In this document: positions 11,135-21,297 of the stretch, piece by piece | Layout of the letters: every line of letters starts with the position of its first letter | How positions within the stretch are numbered: the first letter of the stretch is position 1 | NCBI GenBank assembly: GCA_900548385.1 | Contig: URKJ01000008.1 | Span: forward strand, 43,585-107,584 | Direction of reading: 5' to 3' | DNA: 64,000 nt | From: an uncultured bacterium | GTDB lineage: Bacteria > Verrucomicrobiota > Lentisphaeria > Victivallales > UBA1829 | The notes under the pieces: model-generated | Told to the model about the DNA's origin: nothing | The model's database searches: none | Seen by the model: only the letters and a program-made list of their open reading frames with translations | Program-made: the position numbers and the translations under genes

Positions 11135-11584
11135 ATGTCGAAAGCGGAAGAGGCGGAAGCGTTGTTCAAGTCGGGAGCGAACTGTGCGCAGGCGGTGCTC
11201 GGTGCGTTTTGCGGGGAGTGCGGGCTGGACCGGGAGACGGCGCTGAAACTTGCATCGGGCTTCGGAGCGGGGATGGGGCGCATGCGGGAAGTCTGCGGAG
11301 CGGTTTCCGCAATGTTCATCGTTGCCAATCTGAAGTACGGGAACAGCGATCTTTCCGACAAGCGCGCCAAAGATGCGCACTATGCGCTGATTCAGCAGCT
11401 CGGCGAACGCTTCCGGGCGGAAACGGGGTCTATCATCTGCCGGGAGCTGCTCGGCCTCGCGTCGAAACAGCCGGATCCGCCCGTTTCCGAGGCGCGGACG
11501 GAGGCTTATTACCGGAAACGTCCCTGTTCGGAAATGGTGGCGCTTGCCGCCCGGATTCTGGAGGAGTTCCAGACCGGACGGTGA
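11135..11584 (+). CDS. C_GCAxxG_C_C family protein
   Basis: SGANCAQAVLGAFCGECG and C-terminal RPCSEMVALAARILEE match the conserved Cys pattern of this family. ATG at 11135 is preceded by GGAGG. The track ORF start at 10997 overlaps the divergent regulator and is rejected. Confidence 0.75.
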   Translation: MSKAEEAEALFKSGANCAQAVLGAFCGECGLDRETALKLASGFGAGMGRMREVCGAVSAMFIVANLKYGNSDLSDKRAKDAHYALIQQLGERFRAETGSIICRELLGLASKQPDPPVSEARTEAYYRKRPCSEMVALAARILEEFQTGR

Positions 11585-11591
11585 ATGTCGT

Positions 11592-13097
11592 TCAGTGCAG
11601 TTCCCGCAGAATATTTTCCGTATCGCTCCGGGCTTCGATCCGCCATCGCCGATTGCAGAGCGCATTCAGAAAATTCCGGTCGTGGCTGATCAGAAACAGC
11701 GCACAGCCGCAGTCCGCGAGTGCGGTTTCCAGACATTCGATTGATGGAAGATCCAGATGATTGGTCGGTTCGTCCAGAATGATCAGCTTGATTTCCCGCA
11801 GCGCTCCGAGACCGAAGAACAGCTTGCGCCATTCGCCGGGACTGCATGTTTCCGCATCCAGAATCCGTTCCGGGCGGGAGCCGAGCGAGGCGACAACGTT
11901 CATGACTTTGCTGTAATCCTTGCGGGAAAGCGACGGCAGAGCGTTCCGGATGTTTTCCGTAACCGTATTGTCCAGTTCCTGCGGCATGTACAAATATTCA
12001 TCGCTGGAAAGTTTTAAGTTTGGAAGCAGATGACGAAGCAATGTGCTTTTGCCACCGCCGTTATCTCCGGTCAGAGCAATCCGGTCATGATTGCCGATCA
12101 TCAGAGAAGGGACGGAAAGAATCCGTTCGCTTCCCAATGGCAATATTCCGGCAGGAGTATCCAGAAGCACGTTTTTCCGGGAATAACATCCGTATGGGAT
12201 TTTTAAGCCGTATTCCGCTTTTTTGATTGTTCCGATTCCGGCAAGTTGGATTTCGGTTCGTTCGATAATCCGGCTTTGCAACGATGCAAGATCCCCGGCG
12301 GTGCGGTCCCGTCCGGTGACGCGGGCGGCGTCGATCCGTCCTTTTCCGTCGTGATCGTAACGATCCAGTTTCCGCTTGCAGTCGGCGTTGCGCGACTTCT
12401 GTTCTTTTTCGCGGCGGCGCTGCAGTTCAAGTTTATTGCGTTTCAGTTCTTTTTTGAGATTTTGCCGCAATGCAATCTTCTGCTCAATTTCAGCTTCTTG
12501 AAGCGCAGTACCGAAGGTCACTCCGCCGGGGCGCAGCACGGCTTTGCCGTGTTCCAGAAACAGGCATTGATCGCAAAGAGAGTCCAGCAGTTCGCGGTCG
12601 TGGCTGACCAGTATTCCGATCCCTTGGAATTTTTTCAACTCCCGCATCAGCAGTTCGCGTGTGCCCGCGTCCAGATGATTGGTCGGTTCGTCGATGCAGA
12701 GAACATCCGGCTGACGGAACAGCGCGGCGGCAATCTGGAGTTTTTTCCGTTCGCCCATGGAGAGAGTATGCCAGCGTCCGGGCATATCCGGTGTAATGCG
12801 CAATGTGCCGCGGAGACGGAACGTGCCGCTGTCGTTCGAGTCGAAAAATTCTTCTGCGTTATCCGGAGGAATATCGACCTCCTGTTCGCAGAGAATGCGC
12901 AGGCCGTCCGCACGGACGCTGCCGCTGTCCGGATGCAGAAAACCGCAGACAAGTTTCAGCAGAGTGCTTTTGCCGCTGCCGTTCGCTCCGACAATGCCGG
13001 TCCAACCGCGTGATAATTGAAGAGTCAGGTCATGAAACAATGCGCCGTCGGCGGATTCATAACCGAAATTTAGATGGGTAAATAAGACGAAAGACAT
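11592..13097 (-). CDS. ABC-F family ATPase (two ABC domains, no transmembrane domain); possible ribosome-protection type
   Basis: Walker A GANGSGKST and GDNGGGKST. Signature/Walker B LSMGERKKLQIAAALFRQPDVLCIDEPTNHLD and CSPGEWRKL..LIILDEPTNHLD. Charged Lys/Arg/Glu-rich interdomain linker. ATG at 13097 preferred over GTG at 13142. Confidence 0.85.
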   Translation of the reverse strand: MSFVLFTHLNFGYESADGALFHDLTLQLSRGWTGIVGANGSGKSTLLKLVCGFLHPDSGSVRADGLRILCEQEVDIPPDNAEEFFDSNDSGTFRLRGTLRITPDMPGRWHTLSMGERKKLQIAAALFRQPDVLCIDEPTNHLDAGTRELLMRELKKFQGIGILVSHDRELLDSLCDQCLFLEHGKAVLRPGGVTFGTALQEAEIEQKIALRQNLKKELKRNKLELQRRREKEQKSRNADCKRKLDRYDHDGKGRIDAARVTGRDRTAGDLASLQSRIIERTEIQLAGIGTIKKAEYGLKIPYGCYSRKNVLLDTPAGILPLGSERILSVPSLMIGNHDRIALTGDNGGGKSTLLRHLLPNLKLSSDEYLYMPQELDNTVTENIRNALPSLSRKDYSKVMNVVASLGSRPERILDAETCSPGEWRKLFFGLGALREIKLIILDEPTNHLDLPSIECLETALADCGCALFLISHDRNFLNALCNRRWRIEARSDTENILRELH

Positions 13098-13112
13098 GAT
13101 TGTGCAACCTTG

Positions 13113-13149
13113 AAAAGAAACAGAATAAGCAACGGCAGACACTCTGCCG
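13113..13149 (-). terminator. Intrinsic-terminator-like hairpin inside the 5' leader of the ABC-F gene (candidate attenuator)
   Basis: Minus strand reads ACGGCAGA-GTG-TCTGCCGT (8-bp stem) followed by TGCTTATTCTGTTTCTTTT. It ends about 15 nt before the ABC-F start codon. Confidence 0.5.
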
Positions 13150-13351
13150 TGATTGTGAAATCCCCTGAATACGGGGACCGTTCATCTGTTTACCGGATGT
13201 CGCGCAATGGGATGTCCTCCATGTTGTGAGTAAATCTATAATATTAATATAGCGTGCAAAAGAAAAAAATCAAGCGGGAAACGCATACGATTTTCTGTAC
13301 TCCGGAGCGCGGAGCTCAATGCTCTGCCGTATGAAAACTGTGAGTAAAGAG

Positions 13352-13405
13352 GCCCGCCGCTCTCCCGGGAATGAAACCGGTGGTTCGGTTTGGAGAGCGG
13401 CGGGC
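13352..13405 (-). terminator. Stem-loop terminator downstream of carB
   Basis: Perfect 14-bp inverted repeat GCCCGCCGCTCTCC / GGAGAGCGGCGGGC, starting 16 nt after the carB stop. The trailing sequence is only moderately T-rich. Confidence 0.55.
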
Positions 13406-13420
13406 CGGGAAGGAGCGTTT

Positions 13421-16400
13421 TCAGTTCCGGCACTTTGCGGGAGCGAGATGCCGGTGATATTCCTGCAAACTGCACACCTCGAAGCGTCCGAATTCCAGTT
13501 TGTCCGTGAGACCTTCCAGAGCGGCGGTCATACCCGCCATCGTGGTGGTGATCGGGATTCCGGCGGCAAGGGCGCGGGAACGCATGAGGACTTCGTCGGT
13601 CATTGCCTCCGCGCCGTTTTCGCTGGTGTTGATGATCCACTGGATCCCGTTGTCCTGAATCAGATCCAGCAGATTCGGGCGTCCCCGTGAGATCCGGTAG
13701 ATTGCCTGCGCTTTGATCCCGTTGTCCCACAGAAGCGTGGAGGTTCCACGGGTCGCATAGAGTTTGAAACCGAGTTCGACCAGTTTGCGCGCGAGTTCCA
13801 CGGCGTGCGGTTTGTCTTCGTCGCGAACGGAGAGAAAGACGCTGCCGGAAGCGGGGAGACGGTTTCCCGCCGCGAGCTGGCTTTTGAGATAAGCGAGTCC
13901 GCGGTCCGGGTCGATGCTCATGACTTCTCCGGTGGATTTCATTTCCGGGCTGAGCATGACATCCACGCCCGGAAATTTGACGAACGGAAAGACCGCTTCC
14001 TTGACGGCCGTATAAGGCAGACGGACCTCGTCTGTGAAGCCGAGCTGCTCCAGCGTTTCTCCCGCCATACAGCGGGCGGCGATTCCCGCCAGCGGCACTC
14101 CGATCGCTTTGCTGACGAACGGGACCGTGCGGGAGGCGCGGGGGTTGACTTCGATCATGTAGATTTCGCCGTTCCGGACCGCCAGCTGCATGTTCATCAG
14201 TCCGCAGACGTGCAGTTCTCTGGCGAATGCGCGGGCGTAGTCTCTCACTTTATCCAGAATGGGGGACGGCAGAGTCATGGGCGGAATCACGCTTGCGGAG
14301 TCGCCGGAATGAATCCCGGCGGGTTCCACATGTTCGAGGATCGCACCGATCATAGTCCGTTTTCCGTCGCTGACGCAGTCGACGTCCAGTTCCGTTGCGT
14401 TTTCGAGAAAACGGTCGATCAGGATCGGTTTCCCTTCCGCTGCCGCGGCGGCTTCCCCCACATATCTGCGCAGGTTTTCTTCCCGGTGGACGATCACCAT
14501 TCCGCGTCCGCCGAGCACGAACGAGGGGCGTACCAGAAGCGGATAGCCGATACGGTCCGCGATTTCGACCGCCTCGGCGACGCTGTGGGCAATGCCGGAA
14601 TCCGGCTGACGGATGCCGATTCTGGCGGACAGCTGTTTGAAGAAATCGCGGTCTTCGGCGGCGTCGATGTCATCGGGGCTGGTTCCGATCACGTTTGCAC
14701 CCGCCGCCTGAAGCTGACGGGCGAGATTCAGCGGAGTCTGTCCGCCGAACTGCACGATTACGCCCGAACATTGTTCCCGTTCATAGACCGCCATGACGTC
14801 CTCAAGGGTCAACGGTTCAAAATAGAGTTTGTCGCTGGAGTCGTAGTCGGTGGAGACCGTTTCCGGGTTGCTGTTGACCATGACGACCTCCCAGCCGGCT
14901 TTCCGCAGGGCGAATGTCGCGTGCATACAGCAGTAATCGAATTCGATGCCCTGACCGATCCGGTTCGGTCCTCCGCCGAGGATCATGACGGTCCGTTTGC
15001 CGTTGTGGTCGCGTACCGGTTCGTCGTATTCTTCGTAAGTGGAATAGTAATAAGGTGTTTTCGCTTCAAACTCTCCTGCGCAGGTGTCAACGGTTCCATA
15101 GACGGGATGGAGTCCGATGGATCGGCGTGCGGCACGGACTTCCGTTTCCGTTGTATTCAGAAGGAACGCGATCTGACGGTCGGAATAGCCGAATTCCTTT
15201 GCCTGACGGAACAGCGGCGGGTCCGTGACAAGCGCGTTCAGGGTTTTCCGTGCGGCGATTTCGTCTTCAAACTCTGCGAGTTCCGCAAGATGACGCAGGA
15301 AATAGCGGTCAATCTTCGTAAGATCGTGAATCTGTTCCACGGTCCATCCCCGTTTCAGTGCGGCGCGCAGGACATAGAGACGTTCTGCATTGGGGCGGAT
15401 CAGTTCCGCTTCCATTGCTTCGTCGGACATGGATTCATATTTTCCGTCTTTTCCGTCGGCGCCGAATCCGGCGCGTCCGGTTTCCAGGGAACGCAGCGCT
15501 TTCTGAAGGGATTGCTTGAGATTGCGTCCGATTGCCATGACCTCGCCAACGGATTTCATTTGAGTTCCGAGGGTGGAATCCGCCGCGGGAAATTTTTCAA
15601 ACGTGAAGCGCGGAACTTTTGTGACCACATAATCCAGCGACGGTTCAAAACAACAGGGCGTTTCCCCCGTGATGTCGTTGCGGATTTCATCCAGTGTATA
15701 GCCGACCGCCAGGAGGGCGGCGATCTTGGCGATGGGAAATCCCGTCGCTTTTGACGCCAGAGCGCTGGAGCGCGAAACGCGTGGATTCATTTCGATGATG
15801 ATACGGCGTCCGTTTTCCGGATTGACCGCCCACTGTACGTTCGAGCCGCCGGTTTCCACTCCGATTGCACGCATGACGTTCAGGCTGTCGTCGCGCATTG
15901 CCTGATACTCCTTGTCGGAGAGGGTCTGGATCGGGGCGATCGTGATGGAGTCGCCGGTGTGAACGCCCATCGGATCGAGGTTTTCAATGGAACAGACGAT
16001 GACGGCGTTTCCTTTTTTGTCGCACATCACTTCCATTTCGAACTCTTTCCAGCCGAGGAGGGATTCTTCGATCAGCACTTCGGAGTTCAGACTGGCGGCG
16101 AGTCCGCGGGAGACGATGCTGCTGAACTCCGCCGGAGTGTGGGCGATTCCGCCGCCGGTTCCGCCGAGCGTGAAGCCCGGACGGATAATCAGCGGCCAGC
16201 TTCCGATCGTTTCCGCAACCGCCAGCGCTTCCGCCATGGAATGCGCCGATCCGGAGCGTGGCAGATCGAGCCCGATGCTCTGCATGGTCTGTTTGAAGAG
16301 CTGACGGTCTTCCGCCCTGTTGATTGCTTCGGCTGTTGCGCCGATCAGTTCGACCTGATAACGGTGGAGAATGCCTTTTTTCTCCAGTTCCATGGCGAGA

Positions 16401-16690
16401 TTGAGAGCGGTCTGCCCGCCGAGAGTCGGGAGCAGGGCATCGGGACGCTCCCGCCGGATGATTTCGTGCAGAATGTCGCAGGTGAGCGGTTCGATGTAAG
16501 TGCGGTCGGCGAATTCCGGATCCGTCATGATCGTTGCCGGATTGCTGTTGACCAGCACGATTTCAAAACCTTCGCGCTTGAGAATTCTGCACGCCTGAAC
16601 GCCGGAATAATCGAATTCGCAGCCCTGTCCGATAACGATCGGACCGGAGCCGATGAGCATGATTTTTCTGAGGTCTGTCCGTTTCGGCAT
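13421..16690 (-). CDS. carB: Carbamoyl-phosphate synthase large subunit
   Basis: 1089 aa. [57 protein letters not shown], and the duplicated ATP-grasp half ([23 protein letters not shown]). Confidence 0.97.
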   Translation of the reverse strand: MPKRTDLRKIMLIGSGPIVIGQGCEFDYSGVQACRILKREGFEIVLVNSNPATIMTDPEFADRTYIEPLTCDILHEIIRRERPDALLPTLGGQTALNLAMELEKKGILHRYQVELIGATAEAINRAEDRQLFKQTMQSIGLDLPRSGSAHSMAEALAVAETIGSWPLIIRPGFTLGGTGGGIAHTPAEFSSIVSRGLAASLNSEVLIEESLLGWKEFEMEVMCDKKGNAVIVCSIENLDPMGVHTGDSITIAPIQTLSDKEYQAMRDDSLNVMRAIGVETGGSNVQWAVNPENGRRIIIEMNPRVSRSSALASKATGFPIAKIAALLAVGYTLDEIRNDITGETPCCFEPSLDYVVTKVPRFTFEKFPAADSTLGTQMKSVGEVMAIGRNLKQSLQKALRSLETGRAGFGADGKDGKYESMSDEAMEAELIRPNAERLYVLRAALKRGWTVEQIHDLTKIDRYFLRHLAELAEFEDEIAARKTLNALVTDPPLFRQAKEFGYSDRQIAFLLNTTETEVRAARRSIGLHPVYGTVDTCAGEFEAKTPYYYSTYEEYDEPVRDHNGKRTVMILGGGPNRIGQGIEFDYCCMHATFALRKAGWEVVMVNSNPETVSTDYDSSDKLYFEPLTLEDVMAVYEREQCSGVIVQFGGQTPLNLARQLQAAGANVIGTSPDDIDAAEDRDFFKQLSARIGIRQPDSGIAHSVAEAVEIADRIGYPLLVRPSFVLGGRGMVIVHREENLRRYVGEAAAAAEGKPILIDRFLENATELDVDCVSDGKRTMIGAILEHVEPAGIHSGDSASVIPPMTLPSPILDKVRDYARAFARELHVCGLMNMQLAVRNGEIYMIEVNPRASRTVPFVSKAIGVPLAGIAARCMAGETLEQLGFTDEVRLPYTAVKEAVFPFVKFPGVDVMLSPEMKSTGEVMSIDPDRGLAYLKSQLAAGNRLPASGSVFLSVRDEDKPHAVELARKLVELGFKLYATRGTSTLLWDNGIKAQAIYRISRGRPNLLDLIQDNGIQWIINTSENGAEAMTDEVLMRSRALAAGIPITTTMAGMTAALEGLTDKLEFGRFEVCSLQEYHRHLAPAKCRN

Positions 16691-16693
16691 GGT

Positions 16694-18301
16694 TTATTCT
16701 CCTTTCTGCCGGAGAGCGGCGGCGATGAGTCCGTTGAAGAGCGGATGCGCGTTCCGGGGACGCGATTTGAATTCCGGATGAAACTGACAGCCGATGAAAT
16801 AGGGATGATCGTTCCGGAGTTCGACCACTTCGACCAGACTGTCATCCGGGCTGGTTCCCGCGGCGGCAAGTCCCGCTGCCGCCAGATTTTCCCGGAATGC
16901 CGGATTGAATTCATAGCGGTGACGGTGACGTTCGCCTGTTTCGGTTGTTCCGTACAGCGCGGCGCTCCGGCTGTCCGGGCGGAATCGGCACGGATAGGAG
17001 CCGAGCCTCATGGTTCCGCCTTTTTCAACGACGTTGCGCTGACCGGGCATCAGGTCGATCACCGCATGGGCGGTTTCCGGATTGAATTCCGTGCTGTCGG
17101 CGTCGCTCCAACCGAGCACATTGCGGGCGAATTCGATGACCGCGCACTGCATTCCGAGGCAGATTCCGAGGAACGGAATCCGGTTGACGCGCGCATATTC
17201 GATCGCGCGTATTTTACCCGGCACGCCGCGTCCGCCGAATCCTCCGGGAACCAGAATGCCGTCCGCGTCTTTCAGAAGCTGTGCGGGATCGCCGTTTTCC
17301 AGTTCCTCCGCTTCGATTTTCAGAAAACGGATTTTCGCGCTGTTTGCGATCCCCGCATGATTCAGCGCTTCGTATATGCTCTTGTAGGCGTCCTGATGCC
17401 GGATGTATTTGCCGACGATCGCGATCGTGCATTCATGAGCGGGATGCAGAACGCCGTCGAGCCACGCGAGATAGTCGGTGAGATCCAGCGAGCGGCGGTC
17501 CAGACGGAGCAGGTCGAGCGTTTTCACATCCAGTTCCTGACGGGCGAGCTCCGGCGGGACCTCGTAGATGGAGTTGCGCACGTCCAGTTCTTCGACCACA
17601 TACTCTTCCGGAACGTTGCAGAAGAGCGAAAGTTTCCGGAAATGTTCCGGTTCCATCGGAATTTCCGTGCGGCAGACCAGAAGATCCGGCGTGATGCCGA
17701 TATTGCGCAGGGTTGCAACCGAATGCTGGGACGGTTTTGTTTTCAGCTCTTTCGCCGCCCGGATGTACGGAACCAGTGTCAGATGAAGAAAGATCGCATT
17801 GTCGCGTCCCGCTTCAAGCCGGAACTGCCGTGCCGCTTCGAGAAAGGGAAGCGACTCGATGTCGCCGGCGGTTCCGCCGATTTCGGTGATTGCGATGTCC
17901 ACGGAATCGGAGTCGAGCGATTTGATGGCGTTTTTGATCTCATCGGTGATATGGGGGATCACCTGTACGGTCGCTCCGAGGTACCCGCCCGCGCGTTCCC
18001 GTGCGATCACGCTGCCGTAGATGCGGCCCGACGTGTAGTTGCTGGCTTTGGAGCAGGTCACGCCCGCCAGCCGTTCGTAATGTCCGAGATCAAGATCGGT
18101 TTCCGCGCCGTCGTCGGTGACGAAGACCTCTCCGTGCTGATAGGGGCTCATGGTTCCCGGATCGACGTTCAGATAGGGATCGAGTTTCTGCATTGCGACA
18201 CGGTAGCCGCGTTTTTCGAGCAGCAGCGCGAGGCTTGCTCCGGTGATTCCTTTTCCGAGGCTGGAAACCACGCCTCCGGTCACGAAAATATGTTTGGTCA
18301 T
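16694..18301 (-). CDS. pyrG: CTP synthase (glutamine-hydrolysing)
   Basis: 535 aa. [63 protein letters not shown], with GATase Cys in FLGICLGMQ. Confidence 0.97.
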   Translation of the reverse strand: MTKHIFVTGGVVSSLGKGITGASLALLLEKRGYRVAMQKLDPYLNVDPGTMSPYQHGEVFVTDDGAETDLDLGHYERLAGVTCSKASNYTSGRIYGSVIARERAGGYLGATVQVIPHITDEIKNAIKSLDSDSVDIAITEIGGTAGDIESLPFLEAARQFRLEAGRDNAIFLHLTLVPYIRAAKELKTKPSQHSVATLRNIGITPDLLVCRTEIPMEPEHFRKLSLFCNVPEEYVVEELDVRNSIYEVPPELARQELDVKTLDLLRLDRRSLDLTDYLAWLDGVLHPAHECTIAIVGKYIRHQDAYKSIYEALNHAGIANSAKIRFLKIEAEELENGDPAQLLKDADGILVPGGFGGRGVPGKIRAIEYARVNRIPFLGICLGMQCAVIEFARNVLGWSDADSTEFNPETAHAVIDLMPGQRNVVEKGGTMRLGSYPCRFRPDSRSAALYGTTETGERHRHRYEFNPAFRENLAAAGLAAAGTSPDDSLVEVVELRNDHPYFIGCQFHPEFKSRPRNAHPLFNGLIAAALRQKGE

Positions 18302-19404
18302 GATCTGTGCTCCAAAAGATTGCGGAATTGTGTGAAAAGATAACCTGAATCGTGGGGACCGGGGGCGGATTCCGGGTGGTACTGGACTCCGAATGCGGGC
18401 TCTTTCCTGTGCCGGATTCCTTCCACGGTGTGATCGTTCAGGTTGATGTGGGTGATTTCCAGACAGGACGGAAGCCGGTCGGGATTCAGCGCGAAATTAT
18501 GGTTCTGGCTGGTGATTTCGACCTGTCCGGTCAACAGATTTTTCACCGGATGATTGCAGCCGTGATGCCCGAACTTGAGCCTGCCGCACTCCGCGCCCGT
18601 TGCAAGTCCGAGCAGCTGATGTCCGAGACAGATTCCCATCAGCGGGACTTTGCCGAGCAGTTCCCGGATCATTGAAATCGCGTATTTGACCGCTGCCGGA
18701 TCGGCGGGGCCGTTGGAGAGAAACACGCCGTCCGGTTTTTGTGCGAGAACTTCCGCGGCGGTGCTCCGGGCGGGCAGAACCGTAACGCGCATACCCGCCG
18801 CAGCGAGTCCGCGCAGAATATTGTATTTGATCCCGTAATCAAGCGCGATCACATGAAAATCCCCGGATTGGTTCCATTCAAAGCATTTGCCGGCGGTTAC
18901 GCGTGCGGCGTAATCCTGTCCATCCAGTCCCTCCCATGCCCGCGCCCGTTCGACGGCTTCCGTTTCGGAGAGCGGTTCGTCGGAGACGTGCAGGTAAGCG
19001 CGCTGACTTCCACGGTCGCGCAGGGTCACGGTCAGTTTCCGGGTGTCGATTCCCGCGATTCCCGGTTTGCCGTGCCGGATCAGCAGTTCGGGCAGTGATT
19101 CGGCTGCGCGGTAGCTGGAGGGTTCGTTCAGTTCATGGATCACCAGACCGTTCAGAAACAGTCCCCGTGATTCGGCGTCCTGCGGATTGCAGCCGTAATT
19201 GCCGACTTCCGGAACGGTGAGCGTTACGAATTGTCCGGCGTAAGAGGGATCGGTGAGGATCTCCTGATAACCGGTCATTCCGGTATTGAACACGGCTTCC
19301 CCGACCGTGTCGAACGGCGCGCCAAAGCTCCAGCCCCGGAAAATTTCGCCGTTGGCGAGGGCTAGAAAAGCTTTCCGCTCCCGCATTTTTTTCCATTGAT
19401 TCAT
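18298..19404 (-). CDS. carA: Carbamoyl-phosphate synthase small (glutaminase) subunit
   Basis: [13 protein letters not shown] catalytic Cys and HHGCNHPV motif. ATG at 19404 is preceded by GGAG. The track ORF N-terminal extension to 19557 is Arg-rich and overlaps purF. The stop overlaps the pyrG start (ATGA). Confidence 0.93.
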   Translation of the reverse strand: MNQWKKMRERKAFLALANGEIFRGWSFGAPFDTVGEAVFNTGMTGYQEILTDPSYAGQFVTLTVPEVGNYGCNPQDAESRGLFLNGLVIHELNEPSSYRAAESLPELLIRHGKPGIAGIDTRKLTVTLRDRGSQRAYLHVSDEPLSETEAVERARAWEGLDGQDYAARVTAGKCFEWNQSGDFHVIALDYGIKYNILRGLAAAGMRVTVLPARSTAAEVLAQKPDGVFLSNGPADPAAVKYAISMIRELLGKVPLMGICLGHQLLGLATGAECGRLKFGHHGCNHPVKNLLTGQVEITSQNHNFALNPDRLPSCLEITHINLNDHTVEGIRHRKEPAFGVQYHPESAPGPHDSGYLFTQFRNLLEHRS

Positions 19405-19433
19405 TGGAAACTCCTTCCCGTATGTTTCAATCA

Positions 19434-21218
19434 TCAATATGCGCGTTCGTCGCGTTTTTCCATATAATTTATCAAAGCCTGATTGACGACCCGGAATCCG
19501 CCCGGCGTCGGATAGTCGCCGGTGAAATACCAGTCGCCCCGGTGTTCCGGACAGCATTTCGAGAGATTCTCACAGGTCTGAAAGATCAGCACGAGTTCCG
19601 CATTCAGGCCTTCCGGCGTCAGGCGGCGGGCGATGGCTTCGGTCAGCTCGGCGTCGGAAAAGGCATCGTAGACCGGCTTGACGCAGTTGGTCAGAGTTTC
19701 CTTTCCGTTGAGCTGACGTTTCGCCTCTTCATAGCAGAGATCCAGCAAATCAAGCTTTCCGTGGAGCGTGAGCAGATCAACCGCCGCTTCAAACGCGACC
19801 AGTTCTTTGAGGCTTGCCATGTCAATGCCGTAGCAGTCCGGATACCGGATCGGCGGAGCCGCGGAGGCGACTACGATCCGGCGCGGTCCGAGACGGTCGA
19901 GGATCGGGAGGATCGCATTGCGCATCGTGTTGCCGCGGACGATGGAGTCGTCGATTACGACCAGAGTATCCGAGCCGGGACGCAGCAGCCCGTAGGTCAC
20001 GTCGTAGATGTGCATATAAAAATCGCGCCGTGCCGCGGCGTCCGCGATGAATGTCCGGAATTTGGCGTCTTTGACAGCGATCTGCCCGAAACGGACGTTC
20101 GGCATGTATCCTGCCGCAGCTTCGCGCCGGCACTCTTCCTGAAGTTCCTCCAGCATTCCGTGAAAACTGATCTGAGCCGTATTCGGGATGTAGGAGAACA
20201 GGGTGTTTTCCCAATCGCGTTCCACGGCGTCAAGCAGCTGCGGAACGAGGGCGCGTCCGAGGGCTTTCCGTTCCTGATGAATTCCGGCGTCGTTGCCGCG
20301 GGAGAAATAGATGCGTTCGAAAACGCACCGCCGCAGCGGTTTTTCCGGCAGAATCCGTTCAAACCGCACCTGTGCGTCGCGCGAGATGATCAGCGCCTGT
20401 CCGGGCGGAAGTTCTCCGGCGTCGGCGGTGGAACAGTTGAACGCCGCCTGAATTGCGGGGCGTTCGGAGCTGACCGCCACGACTTCATCGTCGAAATAAT
20501 AGTAGCCGGGCCGGATTCCGGCGGGATCGCGGACCGCGAATGCTTCGCCGTTGCCGAGGATTCCGCAGAGAGTGTAGGCTCCGTCGAAATTGCGGATTGC
20601 GCGCGTCAGTACTTCGGCGAGGCTGAAATTGTGCTGCTTCTGATCGCGCATTTGTTCGAGACTGTGGCTGATGAGCTGGAGGATCAGGGCGCCGTCCTGA
20701 CGGCTGGAGGGATGATGTCCCGTCGCCTGCAGAATGCGGAAGATTTCGGCGGTATCGGTCAGATTGAAATTCCCCGCCAGCAGAAGCGTCCGGTCAAGGC
20801 AGGCGTTTTCGTGCACGAACGGATGGCAGGCGTTGAGACCGGAGCGGCCGAACGTGCCGTAGCGGAGATGACCGAGATAGAGTTCGCCGCAAAAAGGATA
20901 ATGGCGTTTCATCCCGTCGCCCGGAAGGGGGGTGGATGGTTCGTCCGGAACGGTTTTGCCGATTTTTTCCAACAGGTCGGCAAGACACGGCGGATGATTG
21001 GATTTTTCGAGTTGGTAACAGGGGGTTCCCGGTTCAGGGTCGAGACCGACGCAGGCAATTCCCGCTCCGTCCTGACCTCGGTTGTGCTGTTTTTCCAGCA
21101 TCAGAGCCAGTTTCTGAAATCCATACCAGGCGGTTCCGTATTTGCGCAGATAGTAATCGACTCCGTGACGGAGACGGAGCAGCGTTACCGCACATTCATG
21201 TTTGATCTGGTCCGACAT
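19434..21218 (-). CDS. purF: Amidophosphoribosyltransferase (long-form class II glutamine amidotransferase)
   Basis: N-terminal HECAV nucleophile context, QHNRGQDGAGIA, and PRPP-binding loop TLVVIDDSIVRGNT. 594 aa. Confidence 0.88.
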   Translation of the reverse strand: MSDQIKHECAVTLLRLRHGVDYYLRKYGTAWYGFQKLALMLEKQHNRGQDGAGIACVGLDPEPGTPCYQLEKSNHPPCLADLLEKIGKTVPDEPSTPLPGDGMKRHYPFCGELYLGHLRYGTFGRSGLNACHPFVHENACLDRTLLLAGNFNLTDTAEIFRILQATGHHPSSRQDGALILQLISHSLEQMRDQKQHNFSLAEVLTRAIRNFDGAYTLCGILGNGEAFAVRDPAGIRPGYYYFDDEVVAVSSERPAIQAAFNCSTADAGELPPGQALIISRDAQVRFERILPEKPLRRCVFERIYFSRGNDAGIHQERKALGRALVPQLLDAVERDWENTLFSYIPNTAQISFHGMLEELQEECRREAAAGYMPNVRFGQIAVKDAKFRTFIADAAARRDFYMHIYDVTYGLLRPGSDTLVVIDDSIVRGNTMRNAILPILDRLGPRRIVVASAAPPIRYPDCYGIDMASLKELVAFEAAVDLLTLHGKLDLLDLCYEEAKRQLNGKETLTNCVKPVYDAFSDAELTEAIARRLTPEGLNAELVLIFQTCENLSKCCPEHRGDWYFTGDYPTPGGFRVVNQALINYMEKRDERAY

Positions 21219-21244
21219 CGTGTTCTTCCATAAGTTATCGGTTC

Positions 21245-21282
21245 AAAAGTTCCTGTTCCCGGCAGAAGTCGGGAACAGGAAC
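21245..21282 (-). terminator. Rho-independent terminator after glnA
   Basis: 13-bp perfect stem GTTCCTGTTCCCG / CGGGAACAGGAAC, 8-nt loop, then TTTT on the minus strand. It begins 16 nt after the glnA stop. Confidence 0.6.
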
Positions 21283-21297
21283 GGTGGAGAGGCCGGT

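Noticed and set aside
13190-13222. The 10-codon leader ORF MEDIPLRDIR as a confident feature
   Set aside because: I kept it only as part of a finding. It has no clear ribosome-binding site and I cannot show conservation, so it is not listed as a CDS.
13805-18343. Two very long plus-strand ORFs (649 aa and 794 aa) across the carB/pyrG region
   Set aside because: They are antisense to unmistakable CarB and PyrG coding sequence. Their translations are Arg/Gly/Asp-rich with no recognisable motif. These are typical shadow ORFs of GC-rich DNA.
19405-19557. N-terminal extensions suggested by the ORF track, for example for carA (also 5180..5245, 10997..11134, 13098..13142, 43691..43786, 46168..46245, 56451..56552, 56948..57046, 62573..62635)
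   Set aside because: The track uses the most upstream ATG/GTG/TTG. In each case an internal ATG with a Shine-Dalgarno-like sequence coincides with the start of the conserved domain, and the extension overlaps a neighbouring gene or promoter.
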